Shown: positions 1-8,586 of the stretch, in pieces
Numbering within the stretch: position 1 is the first letter of the stretch
How the letters are laid out: every line of letters begins with the position of its first letter
The notes under the pieces: generated by a model
Told to the model about the DNA's origin: nothing
Database searches by the model: none
The model's input: the letters and a program-made list of their open reading frames with translations, nothing else
Virus record (IMG/VR): IMGVR_UViG_3300013102_000006
Span: 1 to 19,868 of that record
DNA length: 19,868 nt
Reading direction: 5' to 3' (one strand)
From: a virus
Taxonomy: Duplodnaviria; Heunggongvirae; Uroviricota; Caudoviricetes
Position numbers and translations under genes: made by a program

Positions 1-227
1 ACAATCTTCCCATTAATTGTTACTGTCTTACCGCCAGTCGTGTCTTGATATATAGCAGTTACTCTTTGGTAGTTGTTATCACCAGCCCCTACTGATAGGT
101 GCGTGAAGTTTTGAGTCGTATTGAACTTCTGGCCTACGGTTACTTCAACTGCATATGGTTGGAAGCCAGTATATAAGCTTTGTATACCTGTTGAACCATA
201 TGAATCTGATGTGCTGAGATAGCTCAT
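1..227 (-). CDS. Hypothetical protein, 3'-truncated by window edge (MSYLSTSDSYGSTGIQSLYTGFQPYAVEVTVGQKFNTT...)
   Basis: The ATG at 227-225 overlaps the lysin stop (TAATG coupling), and the frame stays open for 75 codons to position 1. It is not in the supplied ORF track. Ser/Thr/Gly-rich, beta-strand-like composition suggests a virion protein (inference). Confidence 0.75.
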   Translation of the reverse strand, partial: MSYLSTSDSYGSTGIQSLYTGFQPYAVEVTVGQKFNTTQNFTHLSVGAGDNNYQRVTAIYQDTTGGKTVTINGKI

Positions 228-1117
228 TATTTGAATACTCCTGTAATTTTGCTAAGAATTTGTTTGACTATTTCTAGTATTTGCTGGACAACGCCATAGG
301 TCATTTGACTATAGTCATCTTTCTCTGTTACAGGTTTTCCTGAATCTGGGAGAGGGTTACCACTTGGATCATTGCTTGTAGGTGATGGGGTTGTGTACTT
401 CGCTATTAATGACGCAGTAACATCATTACCCTTCTGAGTAATATTTCCAACCTTGCCATTGTTTACATATGCTTTATAAGCGTTAGCTTCCACACTATAT
501 GCACCAATTTGCTCGCCATCTACACCATATAGCCTAAATAAGTCTGACTGAGGAGTATTTGTTGGGGTTGTAGTGGTTTGTGATGGAGCCTGAGGAGTTT
601 TTGCATCTTTATCTGTCACTTGCCCCCATTCAGCATTTGATTGTTTTGTGTATGAAAGTTGATCGATCTGATCCACAAGGTCTCGATAAACGCCAGGGCA
701 GGTTGTTTGAATAAAATACGAGTGCCAATATAGAGGTACATCACCGAATGCCGAACGAATATCTGCTATCACTTCAGCAACAACATCTATATCTTCAGGA
801 CGTCCTCTCGGGTCAAGTTCAATACCAATGGTACGTGCATTACCCCAAGCTGAGCCTGAGTGCCATGCAACGTTATTGTAATCAACAATACAAGCCGCTC
901 GACGACCTGTACCTGTTACAACTACGTGAGCTGATGTGTTGCCGCCAGGCCTACATAAGTAATCTCTAACTCCTTCAAATGAAGGGTTTTGTGAAGGGTC
1001 TCCCCACCAGTGAAGGGTAATTCCCTCAATAACTCGTGGCATACCGAATACCGCTGGAGAGTCTGCCTCAGCTGTAAAATTTCCTGAATTGTGTGTTGTA
1101 TCGTAACTGTATGACAT
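227..1117 (-). CDS. N-acetylmuramoyl-L-alanine amidase (Amidase_2/T7-lysozyme type) endolysin
   Basis: Zn-amidase motifs ITLHWWG, SAHVVV, AWHSG, NARTIGIE, WHS and TTCPG in the N-terminal ~155 aa. These are followed by a Thr/Pro linker, a possible SPOR-like segment (EQIGAYSVEANA) and an amphipathic C-terminal helix. Confidence 0.88.
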   Translation of the reverse strand: MSYSYDTTHNSGNFTAEADSPAVFGMPRVIEGITLHWWGDPSQNPSFEGVRDYLCRPGGNTSAHVVVTGTGRRAACIVDYNNVAWHSGSAWGNARTIGIELDPRGRPEDIDVVAEVIADIRSAFGDVPLYWHSYFIQTTCPGVYRDLVDQIDQLSYTKQSNAEWGQVTDKDAKTPQAPSQTTTTPTNTPQSDLFRLYGVDGEQIGAYSVEANAYKAYVNNGKVGNITQKGNDVTASLIAKYTTPSPTSNDPSGNPLPDSGKPVTEKDDYSQMTYGVVQQILEIVKQILSKITGVFK

Positions 1118-1145
1118 TTTATCAATTTTTTATTTTATTCTTTTG

Positions 1146-1163
1146 TCTATTACTATTATAGCA
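1146..1163 (-). promoter_or_regulatory. Extended -10 promoter upstream of lysin (TGCTATAATAGTAATAGA)
   Basis: TGn-TATAAT in the 47-nt AT-rich gap before the lysin ATG. It resembles the motifs at 4474-4491 and 18302-18319. Confidence 0.55.
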
Positions 1164-1164
1164 A

Positions 1165-2277
1165 TTACGTCCTTGTGACCAGATAACCCTCAAACTGTGT
1201 ACCCTGTTCTGCCTGACCTATACCACTCGCTATGTTTGTAGCAACTGTACACCATGCCCAAGCTTCGACATAATCACCAGCATTCAAGAAGAACATTCTT
1301 GAAGAATGTATGTTTCTAATGATAGTACCGCTTGGACCTGTGATGTCAGCTTCTCGAGGATATTGTGTGCTTCCAGACCCATTTATTCTGAATTCTATGA
1401 TTGCGCGAACGTTTGTTGATGCAGAAGCATTCAAGCGTGCATTGAATATATAAACTCCAGTGTATGGTGCAGTGAACCTACCGATATCTGATGTATTCGA
1501 ATAGCCAGACCCATAGTTGTACAATATATTGTTGCATGCAAACTTGCCGAATGTTGAAGCGCCTAGGTTCAATGTTGTAGTTCTTTGAGCGCTAAAACAT
1601 ACTGTGTTCTTCCACTTAGAGTCATCTATTGAACCTGTGGCTAGTTTTGCAGTTGTTACATTTCCATCTGCAATCTTCGCAGTGGTGACAGATGAATCTG
1701 CTAACTTTGCGGTAGTAACCGCATTGGATTGCAAAGACGTAGCATTTACCGTGTTTGCGGCTAAAGTAACCTGTATTCTCTGGTCTGATATATTTGCATT
1801 AACAATTGAAGTTGCACCAGTAGGTACAGTCACATTGGCAAGTACTATGTAAGGATTTCCCGCTCCAACTGCAGTTTGAATAGTAGTGGAGTTGGGAGCT
1901 GATGGAGAGGCGGCTGGCGTACCGTTCACTGCTATAAGCTTTGATATACCCGGGTTGTTCGGAGGGCTAGCAGATGTACTAGCACCCTTGTCTACATACA
2001 ATACGATACATGTTATTCTAGGGTTCGCTGGATCGGCCGTTGTTATGGTAACCGCAGCATTTGCAGTATTCCAACCAGTATATGAGTATTGAGAGGTTGT
2101 ATCTATTTTGTATTGTCCTGGCGCTACAAGTACACTCATACCAGTAGGAGAGTTCTGAGACACAGCTAAGTCAGTTGAACCTAAGACATTACCAAGCCAG
2201 ACACCGGTCTGAAACTTATAGTGTCCTTCTTCGTTTGTCTTTCCATTTCCATCTCTGTTAGATAAATATATAGTCAT
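1165..2277 (-). CDS. Tail fibre/receptor-binding protein paralogue 4 with C1q/TNF-like tip
   Basis: Shared MTxYLSNRDGNGKTxEEGH N-terminal domain and VTTAK(I/L)AD shaft repeats. The C-terminus has a C1q-like signature (VCFSAQ...ILYNYGSGY...GRFTAPYTGVYIFN). Confidence 0.8.
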   Translation of the reverse strand: MTIYLSNRDGNGKTNEEGHYKFQTGVWLGNVLGSTDLAVSQNSPTGMSVLVAPGQYKIDTTSQYSYTGWNTANAAVTITTADPANPRITCIVLYVDKGASTSASPPNNPGISKLIAVNGTPAASPSAPNSTTIQTAVGAGNPYIVLANVTVPTGATSIVNANISDQRIQVTLAANTVNATSLQSNAVTTAKLADSSVTTAKIADGNVTTAKLATGSIDDSKWKNTVCFSAQRTTTLNLGASTFGKFACNNILYNYGSGYSNTSDIGRFTAPYTGVYIFNARLNASASTNVRAIIEFRINGSGSTQYPREADITGPSGTIIRNIHSSRMFFLNAGDYVEAWAWCTVATNIASGIGQAEQGTQFEGYLVTRT

Positions 2278-2279
2278 TT

Positions 2280-3401
2280 CTATGGTCCGTTATAAATACT
2301 GAATCCCTTTATGGTTGGTAGCCATATCGAGTTTTCATTTGTAACCTGAAGAGTGGCACCACCTGCAGCATTGGCACCGACTGCTAGAGTCACTGATGTA
2401 CTTGCAGCAACGTCAACAAAATATACCTGGTTGCTTCTTGGCCATGGTGATGATGCATCCACATACATAACAGGGCTTTGAGCTACTCCGTTTACCATCA
2501 GCGTGAGGCTTCCACTACCAGCGCTTATAGATGCCATTATATTAACTTCTAGGAATAGCCTTTCAGGTGTAGCACCGCTTGTGTATGTAAGGCTACAGTT
2601 CGTCACAGTCACGAATGATGCGCTTGTAGTAGTGAACCGAGCACCAGCGGCAGTGAAATTACTATTTATTATCGAAGGTTTAAACTTTTGTGTTGTAACC
2701 GCACCGTCTGCTAGTTTTGCAGTGGTGACATTAGCATCAGCTATTTTAGCAGTAGTAACATTAGCGTTCGTTATGTTCGATGTAGCTACTCCATTAGTGG
2801 CAATATCCGTTGAAACTATAGTGCCATCTGCAATCTTTGCTGAGGTTACAGCCTGGTCTAGGATAGAAGTTGTGGTAACAAAATCTGCAGCAACAGTAGC
2901 TCTTGTTCTTCGGTCAGTTATATTTGCATTAAGAATTGATGTAACTGCGGCATTAACGCGCACATCGGCTAGTATTATATAGGGATTACCAGCGCCTACT
3001 GATGATTGTATTGTCGTTCCGTTTGGGGCAGTAGGAACGGCGTTTGGTGTACCATTCACTACCTTAGCCTTAGCTATGCCAGGATTATTTGGAGGAGAAG
3101 CAGAGGTTGAAGCTGATTTATCAACATATAATACAATCGTATCAATTCTAGGATTAGCAGGGTCTGCAGTAGTAATCGTTATAGGAACACTTGCTGTATT
3201 CCAACCAGTATAAGCATAATCGCTAGTAGGTATACGATAGTCTCCTGTAGCTATGAGTACACTCATTCCTGTAGGAGAGTTCTGAGTAACCGCAAGCCCT
3301 GGCATAACAACCTCACCAGAAAAAGCGACAGCTGGGAACTTGTAGTGCCCCCTTTCATCTGTCTTTCCATTTCCGTCACGGTTGCTAACGTATAAAGTCA
3401 T
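2280..3401 (-). CDS. Tail fibre/receptor-binding protein paralogue 3 (373 aa)
   Basis: The start was reassigned from 3419 to ATG 3401 (MTLYVSNRDGNGKT), which matches the paralogues and overlaps the upstream stop (TAATG). It has about five 10-aa VTTAKIADxx repeats and an unassigned beta-rich C-terminal domain. Confidence 0.8.
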   Translation of the reverse strand: MTLYVSNRDGNGKTDERGHYKFPAVAFSGEVVMPGLAVTQNSPTGMSVLIATGDYRIPTSDYAYTGWNTASVPITITTADPANPRIDTIVLYVDKSASTSASPPNNPGIAKAKVVNGTPNAVPTAPNGTTIQSSVGAGNPYIILADVRVNAAVTSILNANITDRRTRATVAADFVTTTSILDQAVTSAKIADGTIVSTDIATNGVATSNITNANVTTAKIADANVTTAKLADGAVTTQKFKPSIINSNFTAAGARFTTTSASFVTVTNCSLTYTSGATPERLFLEVNIMASISAGSGSLTLMVNGVAQSPVMYVDASSPWPRSNQVYFVDVAASTSVTLAVGANAAGGATLQVTNENSIWLPTIKGFSIYNGP

Positions 3402-4453
3402 TAAGCAGTTCTTCTCCACATATAAACTACTACAGAAGGCTGTATGTTAGTGTGAGATTGGCTATTCCCAGTTGTTCCAGAGGTAAACGATGGTATATCA
3501 ACTGTGTGGGAGTGCGCGCCTGATGGTAATATGAATCCGTTACCAAAGCCATATGCTTGTTGAGGGTTGGCTGGACCAGTACGTCTTGTTGAGTTATCAG
3601 TAAATGCTACATCTCTGTCAAAGTTGTGAGTGTGGCTACCGTTCGTTGATGTACCAGTTGAAGGCGGGTCGATAACGTGAGTGTGGGATGGGATTTGCGC
3701 CTCACTCAATGTTACTGTTTTAGCACCAGGTGTTGCACCTAAAGTCCCGAAGTCAGTATCACCAGTATCAATACCAACCATCACTCGGCCATTACCAAAT
3801 TGAGACCACGTACCGAATCCTAACAATGTAGCTGGATTAGTGTTAACGTTTGCGTTGGTATATATTGAACCAACTGGATAAAGGAGAGGACCGACTGCTT
3901 GTAATAGATTACTAGCCGATAACACGTCAGAACTTATCGTCATAGGCACACGTTGGTCTGAGATATTTGAGTTAGTTATTACACTTGCTGATGCAGGTAC
4001 GGTAACATTTGCAAGAACCATAAACGGATTACCAGCTCCGACAGCTGTTTGTATTGCTGCACTACTTGGAGCAACGGGACTCGAGCTTGCGGTACCGTTC
4101 ACTGCTATAAGCTTAGCAATCCCTGGGTTATTTGGAGGAGAGGCTGAAGTCGTTGCACCCTTGTCGACATATATTGCGATTACTGTTATACGTGGATTAG
4201 ATGTGTCAGCGCTAGTTATTGTTACTGTCGATATAGCGTTAAGCCACCCCATGTATGCGTATTCACCTGGAGCAGTTTCTAGTCTGTAATCGCCAACTTG
4301 CACATCTACACTCATTGCTGGTGTGGAGTGCTGAGTCACTTTAAGACCAGTAGCACCTAAAGTCTGGCCGTCGAGGATATTTGAAAGAAGTCTTAAATGG
4401 CCTTCTTCATTTGTTTTACCGTTGCCGTCACGGTTACTTAAGTACACTGTCAT
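3401..4453 (-). CDS. Tail fibre/baseplate protein paralogue 2 with T4 gp10/gp12-like (collar-type) C-terminal region
   Basis: Shared N-terminal domain but no VTTAK shaft. The C-terminus LYPVGSIY...NPATLLGFGTW...GRVMVG...TVTLSEAQIPSHTH...NIQPSVVVYMWRRTA is a widespread baseplate/short-fibre motif set with repeated HxH. Confidence 0.8.
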   Translation of the reverse strand: MTVYLSNRDGNGKTNEEGHLRLLSNILDGQTLGATGLKVTQHSTPAMSVDVQVGDYRLETAPGEYAYMGWLNAISTVTITSADTSNPRITVIAIYVDKGATTSASPPNNPGIAKLIAVNGTASSSPVAPSSAAIQTAVGAGNPFMVLANVTVPASASVITNSNISDQRVPMTISSDVLSASNLLQAVGPLLYPVGSIYTNANVNTNPATLLGFGTWSQFGNGRVMVGIDTGDTDFGTLGATPGAKTVTLSEAQIPSHTHVIDPPSTGTSTNGSHTHNFDRDVAFTDNSTRRTGPANPQQAYGFGNGFILPSGAHSHTVDIPSFTSGTTGNSQSHTNIQPSVVVYMWRRTA

Positions 4454-4473
4454 TTTTTATTTTTCCTATTGTC

Positions 4474-4491
4474 TCTGTATTTATTATATCA
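4474..4491 (-). promoter_or_regulatory. Extended -10 promoter inside fibre cluster (TGATATAATAAATACAGA)
   Basis: TGn-TATAAT in a 44-nt gap, 17/18 nt identical to the motif upstream of the capsid gene. It is followed by an AGGA RBS before ATG 4453. Confidence 0.65.
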
Positions 4492-4497
4492 ATGTGT

Positions 4498-5556
4498 CTA
4501 TGCTATTCTTCTCACCATTATATTAGGCGTATAAAGAGTCAATGTTCCAGCAGAGCCAACTAAAGCACGTATATCAAATACCATGCTACCAGTCGATGCT
4601 GCAGTGTACCAACAGATAATTGATCTGCCATTCGATATGCCACCAACAGTTATATTTGTTCCCCTCTGGTCGGCAAATGCGGCAGAACCGCCAGCATATA
4701 CCTGAAGGTCTACTTCTGTTGATACGCTGTGTGATACATATGCAGAAGTGAATATAACTTCATACACTCCGCCTGATACTAGCGAGGTAGTTAGGCTAAG
4801 TCCTATGGGAGTTGGCGCGAACGAACCTGGTACAGACGGTGTTTTGTTTACCGCTGAGTTAGTATTCCAATATCCTAGGTTAGGCCAGTCAAGCTTGGTT
4901 GATGTAACAGCTGAAGTGGCAAGCTTGGCGCTAGTGACATTTGCATCTGCAATTTTTGCAGTTGTAACTGCAGAATCTGCAATCTTATTTGTAGAGACAG
5001 CAGAATCTCTTAGAGATTCTGTACGAACTATATTGTCGGCTATATTAAGCTGTGTTCTTCGGTCTGTTATATCTGCGGTGACTATAGATATCGCGGCAGC
5101 ATTTACTCTGACATCGGCTAATATTATATACGGGTTTCCTGCTCCTACTGATGTCTGTATAGCAGTACCATTAGGTGCAACAGGAATAGCCCCAGGCGTT
5201 CCGTCAACTGTTTTCAACTTTATTATTCCAGGATTATTCGGAGGGCTCGCTGAAGTAGATGCACCTTTATCTACATACGCCACTACAGTAGTAATTCTTG
5301 GATTAGATAAGTCTGCTGTCGTGATACTCAAAGTTACATTGGCTGTATTCCAACCAGTATATGAATAGTTAGCACCAGTGTATATCTTGAAATCACCAGG
5401 AAGTACTAGAACGTTCATTGCCGCTGGTGAGTTTTGAGTAACCTGCAGCGAGGTAGAACCTAGTACATCACCAGTAAGTACTTGTGTCTGAAGCCTATAG
5501 TGACCTTCTTCGCTAGTTTTGCCATTGCCATCACGGTTTGATAGATAGACTGTCAT
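4498..5556 (-). CDS. Tail fibre/receptor-binding protein paralogue 1
   Basis: Shared N-terminal domain, AVxTxKIADxx shaft repeats and an unassigned beta-rich C-terminal tip. It overlaps the upstream gene by 4 nt. Confidence 0.8.
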   Translation of the reverse strand: MTVYLSNRDGNGKTSEEGHYRLQTQVLTGDVLGSTSLQVTQNSPAAMNVLVLPGDFKIYTGANYSYTGWNTANVTLSITTADLSNPRITTVVAYVDKGASTSASPPNNPGIIKLKTVDGTPGAIPVAPNGTAIQTSVGAGNPYIILADVRVNAAAISIVTADITDRRTQLNIADNIVRTESLRDSAVSTNKIADSAVTTAKIADANVTSAKLATSAVTSTKLDWPNLGYWNTNSAVNKTPSVPGSFAPTPIGLSLTTSLVSGGVYEVIFTSAYVSHSVSTEVDLQVYAGGSAAFADQRGTNITVGGISNGRSIICWYTAASTGSMVFDIRALVGSAGTLTLYTPNIMVRRIA

Positions 5557-6023
5557 ATATTGTAAATCTCCTCATAGATTACTCGACCTTTATAGGGGCT
5601 CACTGCCCTGAACTTTATACCGAAATAGCTATTAGCCGTCGGAGTGTAGTTTAATTGCTCAACTTGGACGTATACGTATTCAACAAGTGGATCGTCTGCC
5701 TCGGTAGTGGTAACTATCGTAAATCCTGGAGTCAATTGATGTACATCTGTCCTTGATGACTCATTTGGACCACCTATTTTGTCCATGAATATTGCGAAGG
5801 CGTTCGTATACTTGACGCTATTTATTTGATACGTTACTTTCCACATCTTCCTAAAGCTCGAGTCCGCTGTTAGGCCAGTATAGAAAATATCGTATTCATT
5901 AGGCGTATTAGTGTCGCCATGATAAACCTGCCAAGAGTCTCCAGTGAGTTTCTGCTTGGTTTTAAAATCCTGTATGATTACCTCTGCGCTATGTAGAGCA
6001 TCTGTTATGTCGCCATCTCTCAT
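5553..6023 (-). CDS. Small minor tail/baseplate protein (paralogue C)
   Basis: Lies between Tal and the fibres with ATGA overlaps on both sides. It has the N-terminal helix plus FKTKQKLTGDS motif shared with two neighbours. Confidence 0.65.
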   Translation of the reverse strand: MRDGDITDALHSAEVIIQDFKTKQKLTGDSWQVYHGDTNTPNEYDIFYTGLTADSSFRKMWKVTYQINSVKYTNAFAIFMDKIGGPNESSRTDVHQLTPGFTIVTTTEADDPLVEYVYVQVEQLNYTPTANSYFGIKFRAVSPYKGRVIYEEIYNI

Positions 6024-6529
6024 TGTATAAATAGCGTTCCTGTGTACGAATTACTGTTCTGAACTCCAGCTGTTAGCCTACCTGGCTGGGTGGCGAATAC
6101 TTTAATCTTCACTTTCACATTACTCTCGTTACTAGTCGATATATTTATATTCCAAAATAGCTCATTTGACTTTCTTGGTGTTGTAGAGAAGAATGTCCTC
6201 CCTGATGTATTATCAAGTATAGAAACATATGGAGGTGTTCCTGGAGCTGTTTTTCTGTAAGATTCGGTATTTCCATCGAGCGACACATCTGCTACAAGCT
6301 TGGCAAAAGGAGCATCTTGATAGTCTGCTGCATATTTAACCACTATAGTAGTGCTCGTGAGCGAAGACGGGGTTACAGTTATACTTGCATCCCAAGTATT
6401 TGTCGTCTGAATAACATAGCACTTAATAGAATCCCAACCAGTGAACTGAGCGGTTTTAAGATTTGTTGCTTCACGGTATAGATTCTTTACTCTCATAGGT
6501 AGAGAGCCAGTACGTAAGTCGTCTCTCAT
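6020..6529 (-). CDS. Small minor tail/baseplate protein (paralogue B)
   Basis: Position, 4-nt overlaps and the N-terminal LKTAQFTGWDS motif. Confidence 0.65.
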   Translation of the reverse strand: MRDDLRTGSLPMRVKNLYREATNLKTAQFTGWDSIKCYVIQTTNTWDASITVTPSSLTSTTIVVKYAADYQDAPFAKLVADVSLDGNTESYRKTAPGTPPYVSILDNTSGRTFFSTTPRKSNELFWNINISTSNESNVKVKIKVFATQPGRLTAGVQNSNSYTGTLFIQ

Positions 6530-7080
6530 GTTAGTGGTACCACAGTCCCTCTTCCAACGCCATCAACTGGTGATATGAATGGATAATCTAACGTTATTTC
6601 TCCTTCATCAGTAGCATATACATAAAACTTGAGCCAGAGCCTATCTACATCAGTAAATACACCGATTGAAGTTCCAGCATTATTAGTTCCCGCATCTACC
6701 CTGAATCGTACTATCCCGTCGTCCGTGAATAGCGAATCTTGATCTATGTATGTGTCCCACGATACTGAATTTGGCGTAGGCATTGTATTAGTAGGGTTTA
6801 TTTGAGCCTCAATAATTACTTGCGCCCATGGATTTGTCTGGTTTTTAGCTTTAAAAGTAACATAGCCGCGTGCAAGATAAGAAAACCCTCCTAGGAATGG
6901 CTCCTGAAGGCCTATAACGTCAACGGTAGTCGGGCTGCCGTCTGAATTGTGACGTTGTATTACTTTAGGGGTGGTGACGTCTCTTCCAAAGAACTGAGCA
7001 CCCTTTAACTCAACAATATCTTTCTCAGCTCTTGCTATCCTGTCGGCTAGACTAATGTCTCTTTGTGACATGTCAGTCAT
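6526..7080 (-). CDS. Small minor tail/baseplate protein (paralogue A)
   Basis: ATG 7080 overlaps the Tal stop (TAATG) and is preferred over 7086. It has an N-terminal coiled helix LADRIARAEKDIVELKGAQFFGRD. Confidence 0.65.
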   Translation of the reverse strand: MTDMSQRDISLADRIARAEKDIVELKGAQFFGRDVTTPKVIQRHNSDGSPTTVDVIGLQEPFLGGFSYLARGYVTFKAKNQTNPWAQVIIEAQINPTNTMPTPNSVSWDTYIDQDSLFTDDGIVRFRVDAGTNNAGTSIGVFTDVDRLWLKFYVYATDEGEITLDYPFISPVDGVGRGTVVPLT

Positions 7081-8585
7081 TACCATACCACCATATCTAG
7101 GCTAACGCTCTCGTTCATATCAGGGTCAATTGTCATTCTTATGCCAATAATCCGGTAGAGTCCATTTATAGATGTCACAAATGAGCTTCCATCAACCCTC
7201 ACATTTACGGCATCACCAGTCCATACATTGTTCATATCAAGATGGTTTGCCTCTACTGTTATTGCTGGAACTTCGTAAATGTCTTGGTAGATTGCCAGCT
7301 TACCAAATGTGTTCTCATCAAGCGTATCTTGCTCAACAACACTGTTAAACGTTTCTGTTCGTTCACGTATCCTATATGCAGCAGCGGATGTGTAGCCCGT
7401 AGCGACCGTTTCTAGGCGTTCTGAACCAAGGCCTGAACCAAGACCTATTATTCGGTTTGCAAGCGTGCTAGCGTCCCTAGAGACGACGATAGACGTAATG
7501 TTTTGCGGATATACTAATTCAATGTCTGGTTTATCTGAACCCAATCTGCTATATATGTTAAATACTTTGTTAGCATCGAATATGAAATCAAAGTTGTCGC
7601 TTTCTAATGAAGTAAGATTAACTACTCCGTCCTTTACATTCTGTATGTCATATGTTCGCACTCTGTCATCTTGTTGGCCCGCAGATGCTGTATCTACGCC
7701 AAGAGTGACACCAAAATCAAAGTATGTTGGGTCATCGAGGCTTGAGGTAAGGGTAACGTCATCAATGTAGAAGTTTGTGGTTGTACCAGCATCGGTTTTT
7801 ATATCAAAATATGTAGAATCTACTGTCTGCGTCCAGCTCGTGGTGTATTGTATCCAGTTTGTACTCGCTATTGCTGTTGTACCATGATTTATCGATGGTT
7901 CAGCGGTTATATAAAGGTTTCCAGTAGCAACTGTTGCTTTTGCCCAGAATGTAGCCGTATAAGTAGCACCAGCGACCATATCAATAGCAAATCTAGCCCC
8001 AGCATTGGCGTTCGTACCTGTGGTAGCGCTAACATATAACGAACCTGGGTAGTCATTACCATTTGTGGCATCCCAAGCTATATACCCTGCATTCGAAGCA
8101 ACCCAACCACTGATATCTTCATAGAAGTGACTGTTGGTTATTATATTGGGAACCGATTGAGTATCTGTGATAAGTTGTCTGGCAATTTCGGCATAAGTCA
8201 TGCCACGATACATGTTACTTACAAATCGATCTTTGAAGTAGTTAAGGTATCCTGTACACTTTATTTCTATCTTATTGGTGTCTTGGTTATTGAAGTTAAC
8301 GTTAACCTGAACAACCTGACCACCACAGATGTATTGATTATTACGGCGTATCTTTATATCAGTTCGATACGGTTCGAGGATAGATCGAGGATTTGCCCCA
8401 ACAGACGCACACCTTTTCTCAAACTGGACAAGGTCAATAGACATAGATATATCCTCTACGTCATTTATCTTTGTGGTTATACTCAATGAAGTTGCGATTA
8501 GGTCGCTTATGTCCATTACATAAACTCCATTGATGTCCCAAACTTCTATTGTATACTCAGGGGTATCTAGATAATATGGGTCCAT
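7080..8585 (-). CDS. Tail tip hub/Tal-like minor tail protein (Sipho Gp37-like) with inserted carbohydrate-binding-like module
   Basis: Directly follows Dit and has a hub-like N- and C-terminus (RDASTLANRIIGLGSG). The central ~135 aa (NIITNSHF...GATYTATFWAK...FYIDDVTL) resembles CBM4/9-type beta-sandwiches. Confidence 0.75.
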   Translation of the reverse strand: MDPYYLDTPEYTIEVWDINGVYVMDISDLIATSLSITTKINDVEDISMSIDLVQFEKRCASVGANPRSILEPYRTDIKIRRNNQYICGGQVVQVNVNFNNQDTNKIEIKCTGYLNYFKDRFVSNMYRGMTYAEIARQLITDTQSVPNIITNSHFYEDISGWVASNAGYIAWDATNGNDYPGSLYVSATTGTNANAGARFAIDMVAGATYTATFWAKATVATGNLYITAEPSINHGTTAIASTNWIQYTTSWTQTVDSTYFDIKTDAGTTTNFYIDDVTLTSSLDDPTYFDFGVTLGVDTASAGQQDDRVRTYDIQNVKDGVVNLTSLESDNFDFIFDANKVFNIYSRLGSDKPDIELVYPQNITSIVVSRDASTLANRIIGLGSGLGSERLETVATGYTSAAAYRIRERTETFNSVVEQDTLDENTFGKLAIYQDIYEVPAITVEANHLDMNNVWTGDAVNVRVDGSSFVTSINGLYRIIGIRMTIDPDMNESVSLDMVVW

Positions 8586-8586
8586 T

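Noticed and set aside
3402-3419. Longer start (MEKNCL...) for fibre paralogue 3
   Set aside because: The paralogues begin at MTxY, and ATG 3401 is coupled to the upstream stop.
1165-5556. Shufflon or diversity-generating retroelement acting on fibres
   Set aside because: No inverted cassettes, recombinase or reverse transcriptase in the window. I saw no near-identical template/variable repeat pair differing at adenines.
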